Of a stretch of DNA of 64,000 nucleotides, positions 1 to 12,939 are shown in pieces (the first letter of the stretch is position 1; each line of letters starts with the position of its first letter). The stretch is from Mytilus edulis (taxonomy: Eukaryota), in the NCBI RefSeq assembly GCF_963676685.1, contig NC_092344.1, forward strand, positions 57,474,001 through 57,538,000, written 5' to 3'. A program made the translations under genes and the position numbers. The notes under the pieces were generated by a model. That model saw only the letters and a list, made by a program, of their open reading frames with translations, searched no databases and was not told the origin of the DNA.

Positions 1-228
1 TAAAACGACATGATATGTCGAAATTACGACATAGCGATGTCGTTAAAACGACATGTTATGTCGAAATTACGACATAGCGATGTCGTTATAACGACATGAT
101 ATGTCGAAATTACGACATAGCGATGTCGTTATAACGACATGTTATGTCGAAATAACGACATAGCGATGTCGTAATAACGACATATTATGTCGAAATTACG
201 ACATGCCATGTCGTAATTACGACATAAT
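1..228. repeat. 43-bp tandem repeat (>=5 units, runs off window start); each unit has two CGACAT-N2-3-ATGTCG palindromes
   Basis: Units start at 1, 44, 87, 130 and 173 (TAAAACGACATGATATGTCGAAATTACGACATAGCGATGTCGT and variants). Confidence 0.9.
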
Positions 229-365
229 TTTATTTTTTTGAATGGCCCTTATCGGCTTCCGTAACAACACGACTAAAGAGCGGAACACAGCCTAATGCAA
301 CCAATGAATCTCAATACAGTGAGGAGATGTCGCCTGTGACCCAGGGACGGGCTTCATCTGGCCTC

Positions 366-670
366 TTAACAAAAATGTGTACTAGTTCAGTGAAAATGGA
401 CGTCACGTTAAATGGATTAAAATTAAAAAAAAACATACAAGACTTACAAAAGCCAGAGGCTCTTGACTTGGGACAGCCGAGGGGTTAAACATATTTTGTG
501 AGATCTAAACCATTCCCTATACCTAGCCTCTAGCCAAAGTACAATAAACAAATACACATCTTTACGCAGGGCAAAAAGCAGTTTAAAAGAAATCAGAGTC
601 CGATGTTAGAATAGGTAACAAAAGAAACTAAGTAAAATGGCAATGATACACAAATTAACAAAGGACTACG
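366..670 (+). repeat. Dispersed repeat family 1 (partial copy)
   Basis: Aligns with 53580-53900 (AACAAAAATGTGTACTAGTTCAGTGA...GGACGTCA...AATAGGTAACAAAAGAAACTAA...AACAAAGGACTAC). Confidence 0.8.
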
Positions 671-2820
671 TACTATCTTAAATGTTTACATAGAAAAGCG
701 GTAGTTTGGTGTATCATATAATACATGTAATAATCGCGAGATAATTGGCATAGAATACACACAATTTCCCTGAATTTATTTTACACTAGTATAACAATGA
801 GGAGATGTTGAATGCCAATGAAACAACTATGGTGACCTATAGTTGTTAATTTCTGTGTCATTTGAACTCTTGTGGAGAGTTGTCGCGTTGGCAATCATAC
901 CTCATCTTCTTTTTCATATCAACCAGAGCTCATTTTAAGTGAATATTAACAATTAATATAGAGCTATATTCAAATTATTCAATTATGATCTTTACTAAAC
1001 TTATCAGTTTCACAGTTTCGCGTGACAATATCAAAGATATAAAAATGGCCCTTTTTAAGACAGATTACCGGCAATTTTTTTATTTTATTTTTTGGTCATA
1101 TTTTTATTCAGTTTCAAAAGGTCCCGTTTTGATACAAAGCGCCTTACATACATGTAATAAAGTGCATATTATATAGTTAAACACCATTGACTTTCTTTTT
1201 TGAGTGTAAGTGTATCTTATAAGGCTACTTCTAAATCATAAAAAGTGCTTCGTGCGTACTAAATTATTAAGTGTATTTTCTCTTTCATTGTCCATACCGA
1301 TCTCGAAAAGAAATAAAAATCTGACGACATACTTAGTAAAATACATTGTACCATTGTATGATACTTGTATACAACTTTCATTCTTTTGAAAGTGTGTACA
1401 TGTACACTAAACAATTAAAACGTGTGCCTGATTGCGGAAACGAAAGTCAATATCTTCGTTCACAATCCTTTGATACTTACAAATGTTCGAACCTTCCAAT
1501 CAGATCACGAGAGCATTTACCAATCGATGACCCAGTTTGTTAATCACTTAAAATGCACAAGAATTCATTGTTGTTCAAGCTGTTACAAGTATTTTAATCC
1601 AATTACATTAATTTGTAAACGCAATTTTGATTTGTCAACGTCTTACATTTTAGTTAGTAAATTTTACCGTTTACCGGCAGCATGTAACTAAGGACGGCCG
1701 CCATTTAAAAAATTGGAATCTACTGTTATGTGATTTGTTAAATGCTTGTAAAATACGCTTATAATACAGAAACTGTAAAAAAAAATGTTCTGTCTCAGAT
1801 AAATTCACTATAGGAGTGGCAAAATAAGTGCGTCTTAATAATACAAGTAAAATTGATAGCAACAATATTTTTTAACAAAAACAAGTTACCAATATTTGAA
1901 AAAAAAACATAGATGAAACGAGATGCAAAAACAATATACACTGTTGTTGATTAATTTCACAGTTAATTATCAATTAGGTATAAAAATAGAAAGATGTATC
2001 ATGACTGCCTTGGTAGTCAATGTCGTTAAAACCACCCTCGTTGTGATACCCAATAAGACAAATCTCTACCGGGGACCAGATGACAAAGAAGGTAACAGTC
2101 ACATACAATGTAGGTCACAGTACAGCCTTTAGCAATTAGCAGTACCAATCATCCATAAAAGGCCTCGAAATAACAAATGTAAACATGAAAACCCGTTCCA
2201 GGAAACAAATGCCTTAATGACTATATTACTTGTACAGCAACTAATTTTGATAATAATAATACATTATGTGAATTAGTAATCCGTGTCCACAAAGTAATAA
2301 AACTTTAAAATTCTATATACACATAACCCGAACCCCCATCACTCTCGTTTATAAATGCACATATAAAGCAATCGACTGTAGGGCCTACTTCCGGACGGAA
2401 ATACGTTGACTAAGATTAAACTTCAATGCTGTTTTGAATGTAAAGCGTTTTTGTGTGTTCTGTAATGGTTGTTTACAAAAGAAAAATACGGATTTAGATG
2501 GGGAGAAGCGGTAAGATATACAGTTTATTTCAGTTTACAAATACTACTTCCCGTGTTCCAGTAAGAGAATATGCTAAATTAACTAAACACGTTTTTAGGT
2601 CAGAGATATATATATTTCCTGTTTTTAATATTGTTGACAGAGTTTGATGTAAAATGAACGCAGTTCAATGTATATATCGGTTATACAATTTTTTATTCTC
2701 TTTGTTTCGCTTAAAAAACCAAAACATGGTTATATTTGAAGAGCATAACTATTTGTCCTGTGTTTGCATGTTTGTTATAGTTTTTTTGTTTAAATTTACA
2801 GTTTCAAATAATTATTTCCA

Positions 2821-2944
2821 ATGTACAGGCTGTTCGCTCTTTCCCTTCTGCTTGCAAGGTGTCAAAAACAACAAATCAACCTATTGCATGGAATAAGAAT
2901 CATTTTGACTCGTCCTAAATATGCACTCAATCCAGTAGCAAAAG
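2821..2944 (+). CDS. Candidate first coding exon (signal peptide) of receptor gene A
   Basis: ATG 2821 gives MYRLFALSLLLARC-QKQQINLLHGIRIILTRPKYALNPVAK. It ends at AG|GTACAT in phase 1, compatible with the phase-1 exon at 5628. The donor is weak and there is no transcript support. Confidence 0.4.
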
Positions 2945-3962
2945 GTACATGAATTTTTATCATGCTGTTTTTTTATTAATAAAACCATCGAGACATTGAT
3001 AGATTCGGGTTTGCTTAACATCCAGTAGCAAGAACTTTATCCATGTTTATGATTTTAACAAACTTACAATAAATTAAAAAAGTAGGTTTTATAAAACAAA
3101 CCCCGACGCAGACCCTTACGTATTTCTTTGAATTGTATCTCAAGGTCAACCAATAATGGAATTATCTATTTGTAGCCTATTGTTACGGAAAATCTTATTT
3201 ATAATAAAGGCCAAGCAATACAAACAAACAATGATACAGTTAAATACATTCAATAACAATAAAACATATTTTTAAGAAAAGTTTAATTTACAAATTGATG
3301 CAAAAAATAACTATCATTAACTTGTCTGACAGGGGTGTGACACCCTTACTCAGTTCTAAAGACTGCTTCATGACGACTTCAATATATGACAAATAAGTTC
3401 AGGTGCGATTTAGAATGTGTTTATTAAATACATCAGTACATTCAAATAATGGTACATAGTCTTTTAGATATGCAGACAAGAACGAAATGCTATGTTAAAG
3501 TCACAATACAAATAGAAATGAAATTCGTCATACAGGACTCAACTTTACACAATCTTTGTGCTCTGGGAATGTTTCTATATCTACCCAATTCAATAGCTAT
3601 CAAAGAATAACTACCTACGTATACAATTATCACAGTTTAAATATTCCTATGAGAAACAAAATATTTAACGATTTAAAAGTGCATGTCTGCATGAATTTGA
3701 CTATTTCTTTTTTTGATTGTATAATTGAAAAAAACAAAGGACACGGGGTATTCATCCATGAAGCAAAATCAGTACACGCACAGCAAAGAAACATTCCTAA
3801 AACAAGGAACAGCGCTTTTATTGTTTTTATTCACAATGAGGCCTGTAAATCGTTTAAATGTTATATACATCCTGTTCCTGTGTAAAGAAATCGTCAAAGA
3901 AAAACACAACCTTGTTCAATAGACGTATCGAATAGACCCGATATGTTGAAATGTAGATGTGC

Positions 3963-4253
3963 TTTTATGCCTCAGCTACGATAGTAGAGGGGTATTATGT
4001 TTTCTGGTCTGTGCGTCCGTCCGTTTGTCCGTTCGTTCAACCGTCTGTCCCGTTCAGGTTAACGAATTTGGTCAAGGTAGTTTTTGATGAAGTTGAAGTC
4101 TGAACAACTTGAAACTTAGTACACATGTTCCCTATGATATGATATTTCTAATTTCAATGTCAAATCAAGGTTTTTATACCAATTTCAAGGTCCACTAAAC
4201 ATAGAAAATGAAAAAGCGAAAGGGGCATCCGTGTACTATGGAGACATTCTTGG
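3963..4253 (+). mobile_element. Non-autonomous Helentron/HINE (DINE-1-like) element
   Basis: T-rich ends, TTTATGCC...GGGGCAT subterminal inverted motif, internal GTCC/GTTC microsatellite and a 3' hairpin remnant. A second, deleted copy lies at 37316-37505. Confidence 0.6.
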
Positions 4254-5627
4254 TTTATAAAATTTAGGGGTTGGGGGTGTCAGTTGCTCTTTAGTTTATG
4301 TCAACCAAAACTTTTTTGGGTTCTTTTTCTTATTATGTAAAAAAAGTCATTAGAATCTAAACTTAGGACAGGGGACGCTTGATATATTTTCTTGATATTA
4401 TTTTATATGTTACTGTTTGTTTAAGTGGTACTTTTGTATAATACTAGCCTAATTGTACTAGTGTCTGATAATAGGCTTATACTTTAGTGTAATACTAGCC
4501 ACATATTTGTTTAGTTTAATAACAACTAATTATTTTATAGTTGGTTTTTTTTTCATTGTTTTGTTTTGATTATGTTTATATTTTAACTTTCTTAAATGGA
4601 TCAATGCATTTACAAAATTTAGTTACTGTACTTGATTCAACTATAAGATGTTACCGCACACTGCCGGCCACACTGCGCCTATTTTTCATTACAAATACTA
4701 TAGTATCAGGTCAACCCTTAAAACAATTTAAATAATTTCCTCTTGTATGTATGATTAATCTTGTAGTAATCATGTTATATTTCAAGTGTTTCATCTTTTA
4801 AAATACTACTATATACTCATTTGCGAAGGATGTGAACGAAAACATCCGGAAATTAAACATCAAATCTCTTTATTTACAATACTTTAGTTACCATTAAAAA
4901 TCTTAAGAAATAGTTTTTAAAATGTCCAGGCAAAATAATAAGCATTAGCTACTCTGAATTACTAATTTACCCTATAAGTCAGTAGTCGTTACAAAGCCGA
5001 AGGTCGTTGTTTTCTACTGTGGTGTTGTAATCGAATTTATTAAGTGTTGGTGTGTCGGCGTTACTGTTAATAGGCAAACATGCATCCAACATAATGTGTT
5101 ACAGTTTATGGACCATGCCAATATGCTAATTTACTCGGCATCTTTAGGATAAAATAAATTGAGGAAAGATGTTTATCAATTTACATACAAATTGACTCTC
5201 GCTGAGGGGTTCGCTTGAAAGAGCAAAAATGCAACCCATAATTATACCTGCTATATAAAGGTAACATTTTTTTCAAACGAGAACATGTCTTGGCATGTCA
5301 CGCTCTGGTTTCCCCTTGGGGGGGTCGGACAAATGGGGCGTCGGATTAACTGGTCTGCCCCGTTATACCTATGCATTTTGAACCCAAATCAAAGGTCAGT
5401 TTTACTATTCAGAAGGGGACCTTTATATACTATATATACAGGTTTAGCTGTTACAGTATTTTTTAGGCATGACGCATATATTTGGAAAGCTCTGGATAGT
5501 CATATGGTAGTGTTATCCAATGGATAAATTGTATCGCTCTAGAATTGTCCATAGTTTGTATAAAATATATCTATACATTCTTTTATTTAACTATAATTAT
5601 TAATCTAAAGGTTTTTACTATTTTTAG

Positions 5628-8600
5628 GATGTTTTGACCAAACCCGAGAAGACTGTGCATTCAACCACTGTCTGGCAAAGTTCCGAGATGCAAATGGGAA
5701 CCCGTCAACCATTAAAAGAACAACTGCAATTCCCTTCATCACTACAGGTATATTGTTATACTAAAATACATAATCAACATATCTATTATGTTTAATTTGA
5801 TTGATACATTGATGGCTAATATGAAGCATGATTTTATCGAATGTTCAAATGGTAAATATATTAACATTCGTACTCAGTGTAATATAATATGACATTAAAA
5901 TGGCGCATGGTTTAGATGTCATGGGGTTGGACCGAACAGTTTGAAATTCTCATTCACAACGGAAAGTTACACATGATGTATATTTATATGATAATAAAAT
6001 TGAGAATGGATAAACCGATTATCACCAATATATCATTTTATTGAGAAAAATGATTCCATCAACAGGAATGATTTTAAGAATAATTGTCTCTTTTTGCTGA
6101 ACATAAAATATGCAAAGAACAACTGTTCACTTAAGGAGGTAGACCTAGGTTCAGATAAAAAAAAAACTTATAAAATCATCAGTACGTTTGTGTCAATCAC
6201 TTTCATAAATATATTCTAAGCTTCTAGGTTACACAGAATATTATCAATCTGTTTCAGGTAAATGCTTAAAATACATAGATGAAACTGTTTTTTAATAAAC
6301 TAGTCATTTTAAGTTTCCATACTTTTTGAGAATAATAATGGAGGGCCCGTTCCAATCTAATGTCATCAGACTCTCTGTTTACAAAATGACATATTCTGCA
6401 TAACTTCAATTGGAACCAATCCAGGAGCACAGACGTAAAACATGCAATTTTGATTATCGTTTTAGATCCAAACCCGCCACCAAGAAATGGTCTTGGTGAG
6501 TCACTTGGACTTTTAGGAGGGAACTTAGCAGTTTATGTCGGCGCCGGGACTGGGGGATTTGTTGTGTTATGTATTGTCATTATTTTAGTACTATGCCGAT
6601 CAAGAAATGCCGAGAAGCATAAAAGGTATTTTTTCTTTTATACCAATACTTAAGTTACATTTACACATTTTTAGCATAAGTTTATCGGCGATTTTAAACC
6701 ATAAAAAAATACATAATTTGCATGACTTTTTCTTTTGTCTTTTAAAAATCTACCGATCTCATACGTAAAGTTATTTCCAGCTAGTCTTTGCAGTTAATTT
6801 TTATTTTGTGGTATAACACCACTGTCACATGCTAGATGAGGGTTGTGTTTAACCCTGCAAAAGTCTTTACGTGCCTATCCTCAGCCAGGCACATGTAATC
6901 ATGTGGTTGTAGTTAGTTGCTACCTGACGAATTTGGTTTTTTTTTTTCGTTCAAAGGCTAATGGGTTTTCCACTTTGAATGTTTTACTTGCGCTCATGCC
7001 TTGGCCGTTTATAACTGGTTTTTTTCAGATATGAGTTTTGCTCATTGTTTAAGACTGAATAGAGACCTGCAATTGTTAGCATCTATGTATTTGGTTATCA
7101 TGGGTAGTTCTCTCATTAGCTGTGAAATCATATTTTTCCATTTTTATATTCAACGATGAGCAAAACGCATATCTTAAAAACAGTCATAAACGGCCAAGGC
7201 ACGAGAGCAAGTTAAAGCATTACTCATGGTAACTCTTAAAAGGATAAGTGTGCTAAATAAATGTATGTACATACATGTACATAAATCGAAATAAGCTTAT
7301 TTTTTTCCTGGATTTTATTTTTGTTTAATAACAGACGGGTGATAGAGGAAGATTACAGAGTGGTGGCGACGACATTGACAAATGTAAATGATTCTGATGG
7401 TACAACGTATGAAGAATTGTGTATTGTAAGTAGTAATTGGGAAAAGGGGGGGGGGGGGGTAATTCAAATTGGAATAAAGAATAAAGTTCCTTTACACGAA
7501 AGTGCACATCAGCAAAAGCATATTAAAGTTAATGAAAAATAATGCTAGACATTTTATGATGTTAAAAATAAATCATGAACAGAATCTTTCAATTCGCGTG
7601 TCAGAATCCTATGTATTTTGGGAAATATTTCCAAAAGAGTAAACAAGAACATTGTGATGATTGGCTTGTAAGTTATACAGAACGTCTGAACCCATCGGAC
7701 AACTGATCAACGACGTCATAAACGTTATTTTAATTTTGCCAGATTCATTAAATTAACCACTATTCTTCAGATTCAGCAATGGTGAATTTGATTAACAACT
7801 AACGTAAAATAAAATCAGATAAAAAAATATTTTGTAAGGACAATGAAGTACCTGAAGTACAGGGGATATATTATTTGTTCTAAATTTGTTTTCCGAGTAA
7901 TCCGAAATTTTAAAGTAGAACATGGTATTTATTGTAAAGTATTTTTTTTATTTGAATTTCTCGGTTTTTTTTTCGATATAAGATCATATAAGTCCAAATG
8001 AATTCTTATTATTATTTCTTGTTTTTATATCTTTTTAGGACAATCCCCACTACAATCGACACGATGTCCAACTGCCGTATAAAAAAGACCGAAAACGCTT
8101 ACCCGGGGTGTCCAACGCAGTAAATTACACCTTTAAACGTTTGGTCAGTGACGATTCCACATCCTCAGCCAATACATCTAAAACCTTGAATCAAGCCTCA
8201 AATAAACCTCTACCTCCAATTCCAAACTCAAATTCAAAGACATTACCAAATTATAAACAGGCGGCCGGTGCAAAACTTTCACAGTCTATTGATGAGTATA
8301 CAGAAATAGGAGGGGAGGTGAAAAGGCGTAGTAATATATATAATCCTTTGGATTCGGAGAAATTTGGGGAATCACGTGACAGTCACGGGATATACGAATC
8401 ACTTAGAGCCAGTAAAATGATGGATATACAGAATAATCGGCCTCCTATTGGACTTCCAGATGGAGAATATTTTACTTTAGCTAAGGAAGATGACAATTCT
8501 ACTCCAAAAGAGCCCATTTCACCCGGTGAATACATGGTACTCGCAAAGGAAGAAGAAGAAAGTAGTTCGGAAAATCAAAGGTTGTTAACATCAACTGAAA

Positions 8601-8914
8601 TGTCAGAAAGTAGTTCGGAAAACCAAAGGTTGTTACAATCAGCTGAAATTGCAGAAAGTAAAAATGAACAATCGGAAATGACGCCTTACGCAGAATCGTC
8701 ATCAAGATCTGTAATTGAAGACGAGGCTGACAGTGGAATTTGTGAGAGTGGTGGACCTAAAAATGACTATTACATTCTTGAAAAGGATTCCGACAAAAAA
8801 GATCAATCTGAAAATTCAGATTATATAGAGCCAGTAAAAGGTGATCGACATTCATATATGCAAGTACTGCCAGAACATGCAAAACTTTGTCGAAAAAAAG
8901 AACTTGAAAATTAA
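5628..8914 (+). CDS. Gene A: single-pass membrane receptor/adaptor, short Cys-containing ectodomain, long Tyr-motif-rich tail
   Basis: Exons 5628-5747 (GCFDQTREDCAFNHCLAKF...), 6466-6625 (TM VYVGAGTGGFVVLCIVIILVLC then RSR), 7335-7425 (...DYRVV...TTYEELCI) and 8039-8914. All have AG/GT ends. Phases 1/2/0 match the TM-to-tail phases of genes B and C. Confidence 0.85.
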
Positions 8915-9244
8915 AATTCGACGAAACATCAGTTTACTATAATATTTATATGAAAACATTATTATGACTTTTTAGTTTTACGTATATTGATCATTATTGC
9001 TTAATGCGATATAAAATAAAATTTACTCAAAATTGATTGTGTTTTTAAATTATTTTTTTAATTTACACAAAATAATTCTATCGCAGTGAGATACGACACA
9101 ATATTGTAATGCAGGTTATGCCTACTCTTCAATGTATTTTATTTTTATATGTTACAAATGGCATGGAAAACACTTATACTAGGAATAATGACTCTTCGTG
9201 TTATTTTTTGACATTTCATATTTTAAAAAATTAAAAAATGTATA

Positions 9245-9385
9245 AGGTCAAAATGAGGAAGATTTAATATAGGAAGGGTGAAATATGGACACAGGAGACA
9301 GCAAAATTAGGTGCAAAAGGGTCAAAATGAGGAAAATAAAATATTGGAAGGGTGAAATATGGACACAGGAGAAAGAAAAATATGG
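9245..9385. repeat. Two-copy ~75-bp direct repeat
   Basis: GGTCAAAATGAGGAA...GGAAGGGTGAAATATGGACACAGGAGA occurs twice. Confidence 0.8.
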
Positions 9386-9852
9386 TCTATATATATAGGT
9401 AGTACACATTGTATCCCGGTATTACCTGTAAAATACGGGCATCACACATTTATGATAGAAAGATAATTGCGAAATAAGTATTTAGGCAGTAGTAATAACA
9501 TTTCAACAAGAGTTGTATAGGCAGAGATACAGCTAGTGCTTTATTAAAATTGTTGTGCCAATATTTTTGGTTTGATACTCGATTTTGAATTTATATTCTG
9601 CTTCTCTGCCAAACAAGTACCATTCAGACTGATCGGATCTATATCTTAAAGCTGTGTTTGTCTAAGAAGTGGGCGTTATCTTTTTGCTAACTTGAACTTT
9701 AACAATTTTAAAAACAATTGAGTTGAAAATATGTAAGAGTTGTACATAAACATTTATACATATGACGTGCTGAGCTTCAGTGATAATAAATGTATATTGC
9801 TAACGCAGGCTTGTTGTCTAATCCTTGTATCATACGGGTATATATATATATA

Positions 9853-10119
9853 TAACATCTCCATGCCGTATATATCATGTACTGTAGTACGACGCTAGAT
9901 TAAAACTGACGTGGAAAGGTAACACCCGGCCACCGAAAGCTTCATTTTTTATGAAGCCCAGGTGGTCGGGTGGTCTAGCGGGACGGCTACAGTGCAGGCG
10001 ATTTTGTGTCACGATATCTTAGTAGCATAGGTTCGAATCCCGGCGAGGGAAGAACAAAAAATTTGCGAAAGCAAATTTACAGATCTAACATCGTTGGGTT
10101 GATGTTTAGACGAGTTGTA
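9853..10119 (+). mobile_element. TA-repeat-flanked element containing a tRNA-derived segment (SINE-like / tRNA pseudogene, 9956-10050)
   Basis: A-box-like GGTGGTCGGGTGGTCTAGCGG and B-box GGTTCGAATCC at 10030, with (TA)n on both sides. No clean cloverleaf. Confidence 0.6.
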
Positions 10120-10376
10120 TATATATACCAGTCTAAACGTTTACAGACACCATACATGTGTCCGAAGCGCCTTTCTGATTTTACCTAAATTAGGAAAATT
10201 CAAAACAAATAATTTTAGAAAAGTCAAGGACGCATAGGTACCGAAACACTTGAAGAGTTAATTGACCAAAGGAAACTAAGCATAACAAGTCAAATTCATC
10301 TTATTTAAACTCAACTTTGCCTCTATTTTTAGATGTTTTTCTTTCGAGCACGATGCATTTAAAATTAACCATATTA

Positions 10377-10662
10377 GGCAGCAACCATTTGATTTTCTGG
10401 GGGGGGGGCTATGGTTTTTTTTGGAAAAAAAAGTTTGTTTCAAGGTTTTGGTGAAAAAAATAATTTGTTTTGGACCCTGAGTAAAAAAAATTGTTTGTTT
10501 CACCCTCAGCTGCCACTATATATGTAATGCTAAAATTGAAAGAAAAAAATTGTCTTCGGTTTGTCGCTAAAAAAATAGATTGTTCTTCGCCGAAGGCGAA
10601 AAAAAAAAGTTTGCACAGAAAAAAAAACCATAGCCCCCCCAGAAAATCAAATGGTTGCTGCC
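10377..10662. mobile_element. PIF/Harbinger (Tourist-like) MITE
   Basis: ~50-bp terminal inverted repeats GGCAGCAACCATTTGATTTTCTGGGG...CCCCAGAAAATCAAATGGTTGCTGCC, with TTA duplicated at 10374-10376 and 10663-10665. Confidence 0.9.
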
Positions 10663-11329
10663 TTAGGAGGAAACTCTACGACTAATCTGGCAGAAATCCT
10701 AACAAATTGCCAGAATGACATACGACAAAAAAAATATACAGCAATACACAAAAATAATATACCGCATCTAAAATTACGTAATGTTGACCTGAATACGTCG
10801 ATACTTTTAAATATAATGATGAGGAGAAGAGGAGACAACTATCTATCATTAAGCAAAGTACGAGGATGTAATCGTCTTCCGGTATAGTTGGGACAAAAAC
10901 CTACAAATCTAATGGTCGATCATGCAAATCCCACAAATACAATCATGATTGGTAATGATGGATTGACCATTGCGGCCAATAGAATTGCCTTCTTTTTTGA
11001 CAGGAAAAATGTTTGACATGTCAATCAGGTAATAAGAAACACATTGTGTGGGTAATTTCTATCAATGTCTGACTCATGTACGAACAAAGAAGACTTTCAA
11101 GTATTGTCAGAGTTTCCTCTACAATCTTATTGTAAAATACAGAAACATACAGTTATTTATACACACCGATCGGGTACAAAACTATATTTGTAAGATTACT
11201 AGTCAGGCAGAAAAGGACTGAAAAGGGTAAATACATGCCAATATACAATCTTCATCATTGATGAGGATGATGGTGATGATGAATGACTGCAAATAAAGAA
11301 ATATACAAGACGAGAACATGTTAATGTAA

Positions 11330-11478
11330 TATGAAATCAACCCCGCTTAGTATACTAGATCAACACACATAGCCGGATTTTTATCGCGCTAGTTCACAAG
11401 GTGACTGTCCGCAGGAAGATATGTCGTTTTCCCCGGACACATTTACCCGACTCCGAGCCGTCCAACCTTTGCTCTTAA
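11330..11478 (-). mobile_element. SINE fragment resembling the Meta-domain SINEs of molluscs
   Basis: The reverse strand reads TAAGAGCAAAGGTTGGACGGCTCGGAGTCGGGTAAATGTGTCCGGG...GACATATCTTCCTGCGGAC...GAACTAGCGCGATAAAAATCC. Recognised from memory, not aligned. Confidence 0.45.
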
Positions 11479-12092
11479 ACAACAGCCGAAGGTCACCAAT
11501 GGGTCTTTAATGTAGCGAGAGTTTCTCGCACCGTAAGCGTCCTTCAGTTGGCCCCTTAAAAAGCCTATAACTGATATAATTAGCTAGAAAAGACACAAGG
11601 TTGACTTAATTAACGTTCAATATTTCCAAAGATAAAACTAAAGGCTTTATTTATGCAAAAATTAAAAAAACAGAAATCAATTATTGCAGACAGCAACCAA
11701 TGACAATCACCATATTCCAGGCTCCTACGTTTGGACATGCACATAAAGGACGTGGCGGGGTAAACATGCGCTGTTCATCCTCCCCTTACTTAGGACATTG
11801 AGGTAACAGCAACACATCGTCACTAAGTAAAACAAAACAAAAAACTTACAAAACGACAAAGGACATAAAAATGACGATTTTAGAGTAACCGAAAGCTAGT
11901 TATAAGGTTAATTTAAACGAATGAATAAACAAGACTATCCATCAATATAAAACTAAACAAAATATTAAGTACACCTCCTACGTCTTTAGTGTAACATCAT
12001 AAGCAGTTTGAGAGCATGATTTTTTTGTAATGCAAGCATATCGACAGGATATATAGAACCATAAGTGTTATTAATTGTTACAGTACATGTAG

Positions 12093-12467
12093 TAAATAAA
12101 GGCAACAGTAGTATACCGCTGTTCGAAAATCATAAATCGATTGAGAAAAAAACAAATCCAGGTTACAAACTAAAACTTAGGGAAACGCATATAAGAGGAG
12201 AACTACGACACAACAGAAACACAGCATTAAAATGTAACACACAAAGAAACGAACTATAATATAACAATGGCCATTTTCCTGACTTGGTACAAGACATTTT
12301 AATAAAAAAAAATGGTGGGTTGAACCTGGTTTTGTGGCATACCAAACCTCCCGCTTTTAAGGCAATGTTAAATATAACATTAAAATACAACATTACATGA
12401 CAGCAATACATTAAAATAAATGGGAGAACATATAGGACAGAGAAACACACGAATAATAGCTAACAAA
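12093..12467 (+). repeat. Dispersed repeat family 3
   Basis: AATAAAGGCAACAGTAGTA...TACCGCTGTTC...GGGAAACGCAT...TAAAATGTAACACACA is shared with 56388-56611. Confidence 0.75.
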
Positions 12468-12825
12468 TGGTACCAGGTTTAAAACGCGCGTTTCGTCCAC
12501 ACAAGACTAACCAGTGACGTTCAGATGAAAAAAGTTCGAAAGCCAAAACAAGTACAAAGTTGAAGTGTTCTGAGGACCAAAAATTCCAAAAAGTTGTGCC
12601 CAATATGGCTAGGTTTGTCTGCCTTGGATAAGAACATCCTTATTATTTAGAATAATTCATACTTTTGCCAAAGTGTAAATTTTATAAAATGACTATACAA
12701 TAGATATACATGAATAAACCGTGTATAGTGACTAACTACAGAATAAAAACGGATACATTACATAAAACAACCTAAACCAGCACATAAAAATACACAGCCG
12801 AGTTAGCCAAAGCAAAAGTGACGTC
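12468..12825 (+). repeat. Dispersed repeat family 2 (diverged copy)
   Basis: ACGCGCGTTTCGTC...CAGTGACG...GAGGACCAAAA is shared with 14791-14962 and 48863-49198. Confidence 0.7.
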
Positions 12826-12939
12826 ACATTTGAATTTCTAAAACAATTTCCCAATAATAAGATAGAATTAGGATAGATTCAAGATTATATTTGTAATACT
12901 GATATATAACAATGACAACCAAAATACTAATTAATATCA

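Noticed and set aside
1-228. CRISPR-like array of palindromic repeats
   Set aside because: There are no unique spacers or cas genes and the context is eukaryotic. It is a plain tandem repeat.
1346-1691. Cys-containing short ORFs as upstream exons of gene A
   Set aside because: No convincing splice pair and no similarity to the B/C Cys exons.
9956-10050. Functional tRNA gene
   Set aside because: The acceptor and anticodon stems do not pair cleanly, and the segment is embedded in a repeat-like element.
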